The position numbers and the translations under genes are program-made. This document shows, in pieces, positions 36,781-46,048 of a stretch of DNA of 64,000 nucleotides (positions within the stretch are counted from its first letter, which is position 1; each line of letters begins with the position of its first letter). Source of the DNA: a virus; the IMG/VR virus record IMGVR_UViG_3300021197_001769. One strand, given 5' to 3'. The notes beneath the pieces are model-generated. The model made no database searches and was not told the origin of the DNA. It worked only from the letters and a program-made list of their open reading frames with translations.

Positions 36781-37473
36781 ATGGGCAGAGCCAAGACACG
36801 CAAAAAGGATTCCTTTATGATTGATATTAAAAGCGCGGCATCCTTCCATATTCAACCAAAAAATCCTACTCAACAATACTTATTAGATTGTATCGAACAA
36901 AGTTCTATAACAGCTGTTATTGGACCTGCAGGTACAGGAAAGACATATTGTTCGGGTATGAAAGTAAGTCAACTATTCTTAAAAGGAGGTTATGATAAGA
37001 TAGTACTCTCACGAGCTAACGTACCAACGGGACGCTCTCTAGGTTTCTTTCCTGGGTCAATTAAAGATAAACTAGCGCCATGGTTAGCACCTCTAACTAA
37101 TGTGCTTAGACAAGGTTTAGGTTCCGGTCGTTACGACTTTATGGAAACTAAAAACGAAATAGAAGTACAACCTATTGAGACTATAAGAGGAAGATCATTT
37201 GAAAACTCTTTAGTGTTAGTAGATGAAGCTCAAAATTTAACAATAGAAGAAATTAAAGCTGTAACAACTAGATTAGGAGAAGGAAGTAAGTTAATTTTAC
37301 TAGGTGACCCTGCTCAATCTGATGTAGCTAACGGTGACGGTTTAGTTGATTTTGTTGAGATGTGTCAAAAATATAATATCGATATTCCAATAATTAAATT
37401 TGGTTTAAAAGACATTGTAAGATCAGATATTGTAGCACAACTAGTCAAAATGTTTTATAAGGAAAATTTATAA
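36781..37473 (+). CDS. phoH: PhoH-family ATPase (only + strand gene)
   Basis: GPAGTGKT, LGFFPGSIKDK, IRGRSF, DEAQN, TRLGEGSK, GDPAQSD, DIVRS. Confidence 0.96.
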   Translation: MGRAKTRKKDSFMIDIKSAASFHIQPKNPTQQYLLDCIEQSSITAVIGPAGTGKTYCSGMKVSQLFLKGGYDKIVLSRANVPTGRSLGFFPGSIKDKLAPWLAPLTNVLRQGLGSGRYDFMETKNEIEVQPIETIRGRSFENSLVLVDEAQNLTIEEIKAVTTRLGEGSKLILLGDPAQSDVANGDGLVDFVEMCQKYNIDIPIIKFGLKDIVRSDIVAQLVKMFYKENL

Positions 37474-37514
37474 AAAAAAGTTGAGAGGAGGGAACCTTTT
37501 CCTTCCTTTCGACT
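37472..37514. terminator. Hairpin between convergent phoH and oxygenase genes
   Basis: AGTTGAGAGGAGGGAA-CCTT-TTCCTTCCTTTCGACT (16 bp with G-U pairs on +), flanked by an A8 run. Confidence 0.6.
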
Positions 37515-37542
37515 ATCACTTAAAGGTAACTGTTAAGGAATC

Positions 37543-38313
37543 TTAAGCCCCGCCGACCACGTGGTAGGGGTCACTACCGATAAGTATACGATCAGGGTAG
37601 TCTCTTAAACCATTAACGTATCCTCTCCAATACATAGCATTAATTGTCTCTTGAAACAATTCAGACTGTTCTATTTTACCAATAGAAAAGTTACCATCTG
37701 TATCCCATACATCACATACAAAGTGCCATCTATCAGTATTGTTATTATTAGCTACATAATGGCGAGGGTGAACATTACACATATAAGCTGTTCCTTCTTC
37801 TAACTTATATGACTTATCATTGTATACAAAGTCAGTTCCATCTGTATGAATAGGTATATGGAACTTAAAGCCTCTTCCATCTGAATGTTCTTTTATCATC
37901 TCTCCTGGACCTAGATATGATAATCTACATCTACGAGGGTTCATATTTTTACTAATTAGCATGTCGACAATTTCTTTAAAGTAACCTGTACATGCTGAGG
38001 TAGGTTTATCAAAGTCTAACATATGATAAACTTTATTTTCTCTACACCAATTAAGATCAAATACTACATCCGGAAGCATTAATTTTTCTCCGTTGTAGTT
38101 CCACTCTCTATAATTTTGATTCTTTCTATCATATTGTATTTCTATATGATAACCAAAACCGCTTACAGAAGTACCATCAGATGATGTAACTGATACACCA
38201 TGCAAACCACCTTCTCTATTTTTATGAATATTATGTTCTAGTAGAACTCGTTTTAACTCTGACTTTAGTCTAGGTAAATCGAATTTCCATCCATTAGTGA
38301 CAACAAATGACAT
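37543..38313 (-). CDS. 2OG-Fe(II) oxygenase, aspartyl/asparaginyl beta-hydroxylase-like
   Basis: RCRLSYLGPG...EHSD...FHIPIHT...HYVANN..DRWH. Confidence 0.75.
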   Translation of the reverse strand: MSFVVTNGWKFDLPRLKSELKRVLLEHNIHKNREGGLHGVSVTSSDGTSVSGFGYHIEIQYDRKNQNYREWNYNGEKLMLPDVVFDLNWCRENKVYHMLDFDKPTSACTGYFKEIVDMLISKNMNPRRCRLSYLGPGEMIKEHSDGRGFKFHIPIHTDGTDFVYNDKSYKLEEGTAYMCNVHPRHYVANNNNTDRWHFVCDVWDTDGNFSIGKIEQSELFQETINAMYWRGYVNGLRDYPDRILIGSDPYHVVGGA

Positions 38314-38315
38314 CT

Positions 38316-38621
38316 CTATACTGCAAAACTTTCTCCGCATCCACATTGCGCTTTAGCGTTTGGATTAATAACTTTAAGATAAGAACCTCCAAACTCTTGT
38401 ACATAATCAACTGTGCATCCTATAACGAACATTTCTGCTACTTTATCTACAACAAGTATGTCTTCTATTACTTGTCCCTTTTCATTAGTATCAGTCATGT
38501 CCCATTCGTATTGAAAGCCAGAGCAACCGCCTCCTAGTACACCTAGGTAAGCATATTTTTTATTATTCTTTTTTGTTAGTGAGCCCATATATTCACGAGC
38601 TGATTCTGTTAACTTTACCAT
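38316..38621 (-). CDS. iscA: Fe-S cluster A-type carrier (HesB/IscA)
   Basis: LTESA, GGGCSGFQY, VDY, NPNAKAQCGCGESF. Confidence 0.93.
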   Translation of the reverse strand: MVKLTESAREYMGSLTKKNNKKYAYLGVLGGGCSGFQYEWDMTDTNEKGQVIEDILVVDKVAEMFVIGCTVDYVQEFGGSYLKVINPNAKAQCGCGESFAV

Positions 38622-38869
38622 TATAAAACCTTTTGTGCAATCATAGTTAAAATTGAAGCTTGAGCTATAATAAGTACAGCTAGTCCCCATACTTTTATAT
38701 CGAATTTTTTAATTGCGGATTTGTGATCTTCTAATAATTCTTCTATTCTCTGATAACGAAGTGTACATTCAGCTTCATGTACTGCTAGCTGCTTAATAAG
38801 TTGATTAATATTAAGTTTAGGCTTAATAGTTTGCTCTTGTTTTACAGTTGGCTTCTGTTCTAACTTCAT
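38621..38869 (-). CDS. Small coiled-coil protein with C-terminal TM segment
   Basis: LAVHEAECTLRY...VWGLAVLIIAQASILTMIA. Confidence 0.6.
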   Translation of the reverse strand: MKLEQKPTVKQEQTIKPKLNINQLIKQLAVHEAECTLRYQRIEELLEDHKSAIKKFDIKVWGLAVLIIAQASILTMIAQKVL

Positions 38870-39075
38870 TTATTTTTAGCTTTCTTTTTTCCGGCTTTCA
38901 TATTAGCCATCCAATGAGCAAGTTGACCTTTTCGTCCTCCTTGCTTTGCTACTTTTCTTAAATTAGATACAGATGATTTAGTAGGTACTCCATGTCGTTT
39001 AGAGTCTCCTTTATCCTGAGGATTCTTTCCGTCTTTAAAATTTTCTTTGAATTGACTAAAGCTTAGCAGTTCCAT
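38866..39075 (-). CDS. Small basic protein with capsid-targeting-like N-terminus
   Basis: MELLSFSQFKE then ENFKDGKNPQDKG...AHWMANMKAG. Confidence 0.65.
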   Translation of the reverse strand: MELLSFSQFKENFKDGKNPQDKGDSKRHGVPTKSSVSNLRKVAKQGGRKGQLAHWMANMKAGKKKAKNK

Positions 39076-40316
39076 CTAGCTCTAGCTGCCTTTCCTCTTT
39101 CACCAGTCCAACCTGATGAACGAGCACAAAAACTTTTTCTTCTTCCTGCTGCTTTACTTCCTGCTTTTAACTTACTCGGAGGAGTTGTTACAGCTGTTTT
39201 TAAATCACCACCTGTACGTCTATTATACTTAGCAACACCTTGAGCTGTCATCCCAGCTCCACTATCTGTACTTCTTTTATCACCTGATTTTTGTGACATA
39301 CCTGACATATCTTCTTTAGTCATTTTATCTACAGCACGATCAATACCTGTTCTTCTATTTCTTATCTTAGCATGATTCTTAGCTGTACGATGGCCAGGTT
39401 GCTCATCTGTTATTCCTGCTGCGAATGAACGATCGTCAACATTTTTAACAGCTTTCTTTACATACTTACCCATAGTGTCTTTTGATAATTCAGATAATTT
39501 ATTTACATAATTATCCATATGTTCATTTTGTTTTCTAAGAACTGCTGCAACTTGAGGATGCTTATGAATGTCTTTTGATAACTTATTCATAGCATTAACA
39601 GCACCAGTCATATTACCTTGTTTATATCGAGGATCAGAAGCAATACCAATTGCTTGTTTAACATGTTTAGGATCATGCTCTTCTCCAACTGATTCTTTGC
39701 TTGGATGGTTCTTTAAATTTACAATAGTTTTTCTTTGCTTATCTAAAGGATCAGATGCTAACTTCGCGCCGCCTGGACCATCTGAAGCCGGGTCACCCTT
39801 TTTTAGCTGACCTGCTTTTGTAAAATATGTTCCTGCAGGTGCTTCTTTTGTTTCACCCATTTTTTTATTTGAAAAGTCTCCAGTCTTTCTTCGAGCTTTA
39901 ATTTTATCTTGAATTGTTAATTCTTCTGGCGGGCGTTTCTTTACTTTAAATGTTCTTTTCGGAGCTGCTTTTTTAGCAAAACCAAACAATTCGCTAATTC
40001 GATCAGCAACAGCATCAGGGGTTTCATAATGGTCTTTTATTGTACTATGAAAATGATCATGAGACTTTGCAGCTGTAGCTTGCAATTTTCTTTTTTCATG
40101 AGAGGTTTTCATACCTTGATGTTTTGATAAAAATTTAGAAGCATGAGCTCTAGACACTTGATGTGTTTTACCGTCATTAAATTTAACATGCTTTTGTCCG
40201 TTCATTGTAACAGACTTTCTAAGCTGCATTACAATATGTTGACCTTGATCTGCTTCATGTTCATCTTCAGCGGAAGGTTTTCTAATTTCATCTAAATAAT
40301 CTGTAAAACTTTTCAT
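39063..40316 (-). CDS. 417-aa modular basic late protein with capsid-targeting-like N-terminus
   Basis: MKSFTDYLDE start; ELSKDTMGKYVKKA module shared with 28628-31399; C-terminal RRKSFCAR...RWNC module; late promoter 40337-40345. Confidence 0.7.
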   Translation of the reverse strand: MKSFTDYLDEIRKPSAEDEHEADQGQHIVMQLRKSVTMNGQKHVKFNDGKTHQVSRAHASKFLSKHQGMKTSHEKRKLQATAAKSHDHFHSTIKDHYETPDAVADRISELFGFAKKAAPKRTFKVKKRPPEELTIQDKIKARRKTGDFSNKKMGETKEAPAGTYFTKAGQLKKGDPASDGPGGAKLASDPLDKQRKTIVNLKNHPSKESVGEEHDPKHVKQAIGIASDPRYKQGNMTGAVNAMNKLSKDIHKHPQVAAVLRKQNEHMDNYVNKLSELSKDTMGKYVKKAVKNVDDRSFAAGITDEQPGHRTAKNHAKIRNRRTGIDRAVDKMTKEDMSGMSQKSGDKRSTDSGAGMTAQGVAKYNRRTGGDLKTAVTTPPSKLKAGSKAAGRRKSFCARSSGWTGERGKAARARWNC

Positions 40317-40342
40317 TTTAATACTCCTGATTATATTATTTA

Positions 40343-40924
40343 TTATATTGAATCATTGTTAGCTTTGCCATCAGTGTATGTTTCGTGTTCGAAATACATG
40401 TATCTAAATGTCATTGTACAAGTTAATGGTTCCACGTCTATAGAACTAGAATTATATTGTGGACCTTCTAATGATATAGGAAAAGCATTTTTAAACTTCC
40501 AAGCTACAATAGGTCTGTTACCTGCATCAGTACCAAACAACTCTATGTTAGTCATTGTTTTACTAAATTCTGGACCTGAGCCTCTAATTCTTTTTGAATA
40601 CTCTGTAAATTGATCACTACTTTCCGGAACGTTAATTGCTTTCATCCATAATAAAAATTCTCTATAAGCTGTAAAATTTTTATCAATAACAACTGTTGCA
40701 TCTAAGCTTCCATAATCTATACCGTCTCCGGGTACGTACATTCTAGTAGGATTTAATGAGTTAGGTAATACAGATTCACCACCATTTATTGTTGGTATTG
40801 TAAACGACTGAACTGTAAATACAACCTTAGGTAATCTTTCACATGTCAAAAAATAATTTTGAGGTGGAGTAAAGCTTAACTCTACTTGTCTATTTGTAAT
40901 AACGTCTGTAAAATTAGTTGCCAT
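40343..40924 (-). CDS. gp3: Tail tube terminator/completion protein (gp3-like, gp19 fold)
   Basis: PKVVFTVQSFTIP, PGDGIDYGSL, FKNAFPISL...FRYMYF; lies after gp23. Confidence 0.75.
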   Translation of the reverse strand: MATNFTDVITNRQVELSFTPPQNYFLTCERLPKVVFTVQSFTIPTINGGESVLPNSLNPTRMYVPGDGIDYGSLDATVVIDKNFTAYREFLLWMKAINVPESSDQFTEYSKRIRGSGPEFSKTMTNIELFGTDAGNRPIVAWKFKNAFPISLEGPQYNSSSIDVEPLTCTMTFRYMYFEHETYTDGKANNDSI

Positions 40925-41717
40925 TTATTACCTCTGTTTTAAATTTAATTAATAAACCCATTTTATTATTCCAAGTTAACGATTTTAAATAATTGTAATC
41001 GTCTTTAAATTCTTTTCTTTTATTTAAACTACTGCAATGTACTTGTATAGCATCTAACTCTATTATACTTCCAGGTATCCAATCAAATACGTTTTCAATA
41101 GTTAAACCTTCTAGTCTTTCATAATCTAAATGGTAAAGATAATTATCATAAAAGTTTTGATCAAAAGGTTTTAAATTTTTTTCTTTTTTTATTTCTTTAC
41201 CGTTGTTATGATAAAATTGCAAATCACTATAATCTGTATAACCTTTATATTGTGAACCAGTTTTATTATAATCGCCTTTGTAACCTTTAACAAAATCAGC
41301 TGAATAATCTATTAATCTTTGATTAAATAATACCATCTTACCTGCTGAGTTTCTATAATTATCTTTATGCTTACCAATCCATAAAGGAATAACTACGTTT
41401 CTATATACGGTATTATTTTTATCATCGATAAAATCTATCTCTTTAAAACTGTCTGTATGTATACCATAAGGGGAAGTAGTTATAAAGAAGTTGCCACCTA
41501 AGAACTCTCCACTTATACTTAATTTCTTTTTAATTAATTCATAAGCTTCTTTAACAGACTGTCCTTGAATAAAGACATTACCATAACGATTATACCTAGC
41601 ACCTCCATACTTAAAAGCTAAATCAAACAAAGTGTTTAATTCATACTCTGAAAAAACTTTAGTGTGACATTTTGCCGGAGCAACATTCTGTAAAAGTGTT
41701 CGCTTATCTAATATCAT
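40914..41717 (-). CDS. Late hypothetical protein with 2OG-Fe(II)-like HxD...H motif
   Basis: YGIHTD, NVVIPL, WIPGSIIELD..QVHCS; own late promoter at 41725-41732. Confidence 0.55.
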   Translation of the reverse strand: MILDKRTLLQNVAPAKCHTKVFSEYELNTLFDLAFKYGGARYNRYGNVFIQGQSVKEAYELIKKKLSISGEFLGGNFFITTSPYGIHTDSFKEIDFIDDKNNTVYRNVVIPLWIGKHKDNYRNSAGKMVLFNQRLIDYSADFVKGYKGDYNKTGSQYKGYTDYSDLQFYHNNGKEIKKEKNLKPFDQNFYDNYLYHLDYERLEGLTIENVFDWIPGSIIELDAIQVHCSSLNKRKEFKDDYNYLKSLTWNNKMGLLIKFKTEVINGN

Positions 41718-41735
41718 TACATTATATTTATACAC

Positions 41736-41764
41736 AAAAAAAGGGAGACCGAAGCCTCCCTTTT
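41736..41764 (-). terminator. Intrinsic terminator after gp23 with C(UUCG)G tetraloop
   Basis: AAAAGGGAGGC-TTCG-GTCTCCC-TTTTTTT. Confidence 0.92.
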
Positions 41765-41783
41765 GCGTTTTTCGTATAAGCTA

Positions 41784-43268
41784 TTACACGTTATCTACTG
41801 CGAACTTTCTGTAGTAGACGTTTGAGTGAGGTGCAACTAATCCTTTAGATTGAATTGCAGAAGCTCCACCAGCAAATGGATTACTTACCATACCGTATCT
41901 AGTTTTAAAACCGATTTTAGGTTGGAAAGTCTCTTGAGCAACAGCTCTGACCATTTGTAGAGGTACATAAGGACAATAGAACATACCAGCGTCCATATTG
42001 TTTGTACCTTTATAACCAACAACGATGTAGTCACCTGATGTTGCATAAGGGTCAATATAAACTCTTGTTCTACCATTTAAAGTACCTGCGAATACACCTG
42101 ATGTAACATCTACATCTAGGTTATCCTGGATATTTGAGCTATAGTCTAGCAAGCCAGCCATAGTCAAACCTGAAGCTACGTTAGCAGAACATAACATAAA
42201 GTTACCTTTACCTCTTCTAGTTTCGAATGCAATGTTATTGCTTTCTTTTTCTATCTGAAGCATAAGACCTTTTTGTCTTTCTACTGACCATCTACCTTGA
42301 CCATCAGCAATAAGATCAAATCTTCCTGCTGTTGTTAGGCCTGTAGCACCTCTTTTAGCTTGAGAAATAATAGTGTATACTACTTCTCTATTGATCTCAG
42401 CTAAGATTTCTGTAGACAGAATATTTGATAATTCTGCTTCAGCATCTAGACCGTGAACAGCTCTAAGATCTTGGACTAACTCCATAGTGTATTCACTTTT
42501 AAGAGCACGTGTCTTTGCTTCGACAGCTGTTCTCTCAATTGTGAATGACATTTCTCTGAAGTTATCGCCTTCACCTTCTCTAGTAGTCATACCATATGAA
42601 GAAGTACCTTCTGCACTGATTTTAGCAGAACCACCAGCTAGTGCTGGGTTAGCTCCGGTAGCAGTACCGAATGGGTTATTCACAGGTGTTACTGAGTTAT
42701 CAGTATACGCATCTGACTCTGCAGATGTTGAACCACTGTTAGAAGCTCTTGAAGGATCAAATGGGTTACCTGAAGTAGACTCATTTGCACCATCAGCATG
42801 AGTGCCTGGAGCACCAGTATTGAAGGCTGTACCAGAAAAGTTCGGGAACACTTCGTTGTAGAAAGCCTCTAAGCCCTCTTCACCAAGTCCATCGACTTCA
42901 TTTCTGTTATTATATCTTGCACGTAGTGCGAAGATTAAACCTGTTGGCGCTGACATAGCTTGCACACCACAAAGATCGAAAGCCATCATTTGAGGCATCG
43001 CTCTTCTTACTAGTGATATGATAATTGGATCGTAACCTGCACGACCAGTTGCATTAATAGTGGCGTTATCTCCGGCTCCGGAAAACGCTCCACCAAAGGC
43101 TGCACCAGATACACTTGATTCCTGAATTTGAGACTCTTCTTGCAATGCTTTCTCTGTGTTCTCTAGAACTTGAGCTACAACTGCTTTCTTTTCTCTTTCT
43201 TTAATTTCAGGCAAATCATCGTGGTTAATTACTGGGGCCCATTTTTCAGTGAGAACATCAAAGGACAT
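41784..43268 (-). CDS. gp23: Major capsid protein
   Basis: EKWAPV, LVRRAMP, GVQAMSAPTGLIFALR, EAKTRALKSEYTMELVQDLRAVHGLDAEAELSNILSTEI, YCPYVPL, FQPKIGFKTRYG. Confidence 0.99.
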   Translation of the reverse strand: MSFDVLTEKWAPVINHDDLPEIKEREKKAVVAQVLENTEKALQEESQIQESSVSGAAFGGAFSGAGDNATINATGRAGYDPIIISLVRRAMPQMMAFDLCGVQAMSAPTGLIFALRARYNNRNEVDGLGEEGLEAFYNEVFPNFSGTAFNTGAPGTHADGANESTSGNPFDPSRASNSGSTSAESDAYTDNSVTPVNNPFGTATGANPALAGGSAKISAEGTSSYGMTTREGEGDNFREMSFTIERTAVEAKTRALKSEYTMELVQDLRAVHGLDAEAELSNILSTEILAEINREVVYTIISQAKRGATGLTTAGRFDLIADGQGRWSVERQKGLMLQIEKESNNIAFETRRGKGNFMLCSANVASGLTMAGLLDYSSNIQDNLDVDVTSGVFAGTLNGRTRVYIDPYATSGDYIVVGYKGTNNMDAGMFYCPYVPLQMVRAVAQETFQPKIGFKTRYGMVSNPFAGGASAIQSKGLVAPHSNVYYRKFAVDNV

Positions 43269-43327
43269 TACTCTATCTCCCTATTAAAAACGTTGATATA
43301 ATTTTTCTTAATCATTATTAATTTTTC

Positions 43328-45355
43328 TTATTTACTTATAGTTTTTGATAAGAACTGCGCGTATGCACTTACTGTAGAGTCGTTATGATCTTCTGTAATT
43401 ACTTCGTCAGTACCAATCACTTCTTCACTCAATGAGGTTAGAAGCTTTGAGTTTTCTTCGCTTTGATTAAAGTAAGCCTCTTTGAGGTCACTTAACTTGG
43501 CTTGGAACTCTTCAGTATCTTTAGCATCTACTGACTCAGCTAATTTTTCTAATCTAATTTTCTGTGTCTGTGTTAGCTCTGATGATACCTCTTCTACAAT
43601 TGAAGCCTTTTTATAATCAAGGACTTCTTTTTGTAAATTTTCTGCAAGAGTCTGAGACTCTTCTACTTGTTCTTTGAAAGAATCTATTTGTTCAGTTAAC
43701 TCATCAACTACTGAGATATCATCTTCAGGGATATCGATATAGTTTTCTGCAAATAGTTTTCTCATTCCTGAGATAAAGTTTTCAGCTACTTCAGTTCTAA
43801 GAGAGTACTTAATTTCTAATGCATTCTCTTCTAACCATTCTTTAACTGCATAATCAACATACTCGTTAATCTTATCGCTAATAGCAGCTTTCTCTTCATT
43901 AAGTTTCTCTTCGTAGTCAGCTTGAATCTTCTCAACTACTAGATCTACTTTTTCATTTACAGCTGTTTCAAATACTACAGCAGCTTTACGTTTAAAATCT
44001 TCATCTAATTCTGCTTCTAAATCAGTTTCAGTTTCTTCTGCTGCCATTTTATTAACAATTGGATCACTTGCTTGATCATGAGCACCTTTATTAGCATCTG
44101 CTTTTACTGAAGCTTTTGCCATCTTTGTAGGTCCTGCAGGATTTGCAATAGTTGGTGTGTCATGAGGATCGTTTGCTTGATTATGTGGACCAGCGCCTAC
44201 ATCACCACCTTTTGTTTCTGCTTCACCTTTAGCTGATTTTTTATCTTGATCAGGTAAATTTTTCATATTAGCATCAGTCTGAATAGTAGTATCTTGACCT
44301 TTAGCATCACCAACTTTTTGCATTGGTTCACCTGCTGGTAAAGCTTCTTCTACTTCTTCTACTTCTTCAGTAGTTGCTTTTTCAGCTTCATCTTCGATAG
44401 GATGCTCGATAACGTTACCGTCTTCATCTTTTTCGTGATGCTCTTCTTCTACAGCTTCTTTTTCTTCTGTTTCAGCATCATATTCAGCTTCTGATTCTTC
44501 AATTGATTCAGCTAATTGAGCTAACTCATCAGCGAAGATACTTTCTTCTTCTTCAGTTAGTTCTTTCATTAACTCATACCAGTTTTCTTCTTCTAAGTTT
44601 TTAAGCTCATTCCAATCCCAGTTGGCAGTACCTTCTTCGATTGTGATTTCACCAGCATGAAGAACATACATAGCATCTTCATAAGTTACTTCTTCTTTTT
44701 TCATTGCTTTATTGATAGCATTTCTTCTTTTCTTTAGATAATCATCTGACTCATCTTCGTCGCCATCGTTATCTACGTCACCATCTTCTTGACCAACCGG
44801 ATCCATCTTAGCTTTTTCATCAACAGTTTCAGCTTCTTCTTCTGATTCTGTCTCTTCGCTCATTCCTGGATCGTCACATTGGTTATGAGGTCCTTTGTTA
44901 GCTTCTGCTTCTGCAGATGCTTGAGAAGGTTTAGCGCTTATACCATCTATTGAATTAGTATCGCCTGCGTTATCGGTAGACTGATCATGTGGACCTTTAT
45001 CAGCCTCGACCGTTGCAGATGCATCACTAGCAATCTTCCCTTTATTCATATCACCTTCATCACCAGCATTTTCACCTGCTTGGTTATGGGGTCCTTTGTC
45101 AGCTGCTACTTCAGGAGACTGTTTACCGCTTCCTGGTTTAATTGTAGCCATATCAGCTGTCTTACCATCGCTAGTTAAATTCTTAGCGTTGTCGGCATTT
45201 TGATCAGCTTCTGCTATGTTATCTTCTTTCATAGGCTTTTTTTCCTGAGGGTTGGTAATCATATCCTTTTTGGTCATATGCTCACCACTCTTAGGTGCCT
45301 TCTCTTCAAGAAGATCTTCTATTACGTTTATCAAATCTTTAGACATGGGGTCCAC
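43328..45355 (-). CDS. gp22: Prohead core scaffold protein with long repetitive N-terminal extension
   Basis: C-terminal half DEDFKRKAAVVFETAV...YVDYAVKEWLEEN...LFAENYIDIP; lies between gp21 and gp23. Confidence 0.9.
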   Translation of the reverse strand: MDPMSKDLINVIEDLLEEKAPKSGEHMTKKDMITNPQEKKPMKEDNIAEADQNADNAKNLTSDGKTADMATIKPGSGKQSPEVAADKGPHNQAGENAGDEGDMNKGKIASDASATVEADKGPHDQSTDNAGDTNSIDGISAKPSQASAEAEANKGPHNQCDDPGMSEETESEEEAETVDEKAKMDPVGQEDGDVDNDGDEDESDDYLKKRRNAINKAMKKEEVTYEDAMYVLHAGEITIEEGTANWDWNELKNLEEENWYELMKELTEEEESIFADELAQLAESIEESEAEYDAETEEKEAVEEEHHEKDEDGNVIEHPIEDEAEKATTEEVEEVEEALPAGEPMQKVGDAKGQDTTIQTDANMKNLPDQDKKSAKGEAETKGGDVGAGPHNQANDPHDTPTIANPAGPTKMAKASVKADANKGAHDQASDPIVNKMAAEETETDLEAELDEDFKRKAAVVFETAVNEKVDLVVEKIQADYEEKLNEEKAAISDKINEYVDYAVKEWLEENALEIKYSLRTEVAENFISGMRKLFAENYIDIPEDDISVVDELTEQIDSFKEQVEESQTLAENLQKEVLDYKKASIVEEVSSELTQTQKIRLEKLAESVDAKDTEEFQAKLSDLKEAYFNQSEENSKLLTSLSEEVIGTDEVITEDHNDSTVSAYAQFLSKTISK

Positions 45356-45370
45356 TCCTTGTTGTCCTTT

Positions 45371-45379
45371 TATTTATTA
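45371..45379 (-). promoter_or_regulatory. Late promoter variant TAATAAATA upstream of gp22
   Basis: Same variant at 841, 7544, 31404, 40337, 47285 and 62786. Confidence 0.7.
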
Positions 45380-45380
45380 A

Positions 45381-46034
45381 TTAAAGATCTCTTAAGAACT
45401 TGTTAAACATATTAAGCTTAACTTCGTTTAATTCAGATTTCTTTGCTAGCATTAAATTTTTTCGCTCTATATCAAGATCTACTCTAGAGAATACCCCTGA
45501 CTCATATATCCATTCAGCTTGTTCATAAACACCTTCAACGAATGAAGATTGAGCTGAAGGATCAAATACGATATCGGCTGCAGTTGTTAGTACAAAATCA
45601 CTCTGTACTTCATTATGTCCCATTCTAGTTGGCTTAAGAGAACCTAAACCTCTAGAACTAACACCTACAGTCACTCCATCATCTAATAAATTTTCTACTA
45701 TCTTACCCATAGGTGTAGATAATACCTTTGCTTTTCCTTTATAATATATTCCATCTTGTTCTAAAGACTCAGTAAGAATAGCTGCTCTCTCTGGATTCAC
45801 AACAGGTTCAGCTGGATGGTTTAATTCACCTAGCGCTCTTTTTTTATCAATGTACTCTTCTTTGTACTTTGATACTGCTCCGTCCATTACTGATTGAGGG
45901 TATATTCTACCATTTCTGTTTTCTTTTTCAGCTTGTAAAAAAGGACCTGATATGAATAGTTTTTTATTGCTACCTTTACCTTCAGATATTACTTTCACGT
46001 TTTCAAATAATGTTGGTTCTGCTATAAGTTTCAT
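45381..46034 (-). CDS. gp21: Prohead protease
   Basis: GPFLQAE..NRNGRIYP, ALGELNHP, GVSSRGLGSL, DIVFDPSA. Confidence 0.97.
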   Translation of the reverse strand: MKLIAEPTLFENVKVISEGKGSNKKLFISGPFLQAEKENRNGRIYPQSVMDGAVSKYKEEYIDKKRALGELNHPAEPVVNPERAAILTESLEQDGIYYKGKAKVLSTPMGKIVENLLDDGVTVGVSSRGLGSLKPTRMGHNEVQSDFVLTTAADIVFDPSAQSSFVEGVYEQAEWIYESGVFSRVDLDIERKNLMLAKKSELNEVKLNMFNKFLRDL

Positions 46035-46048
46035 TGTTCTATCCTATC

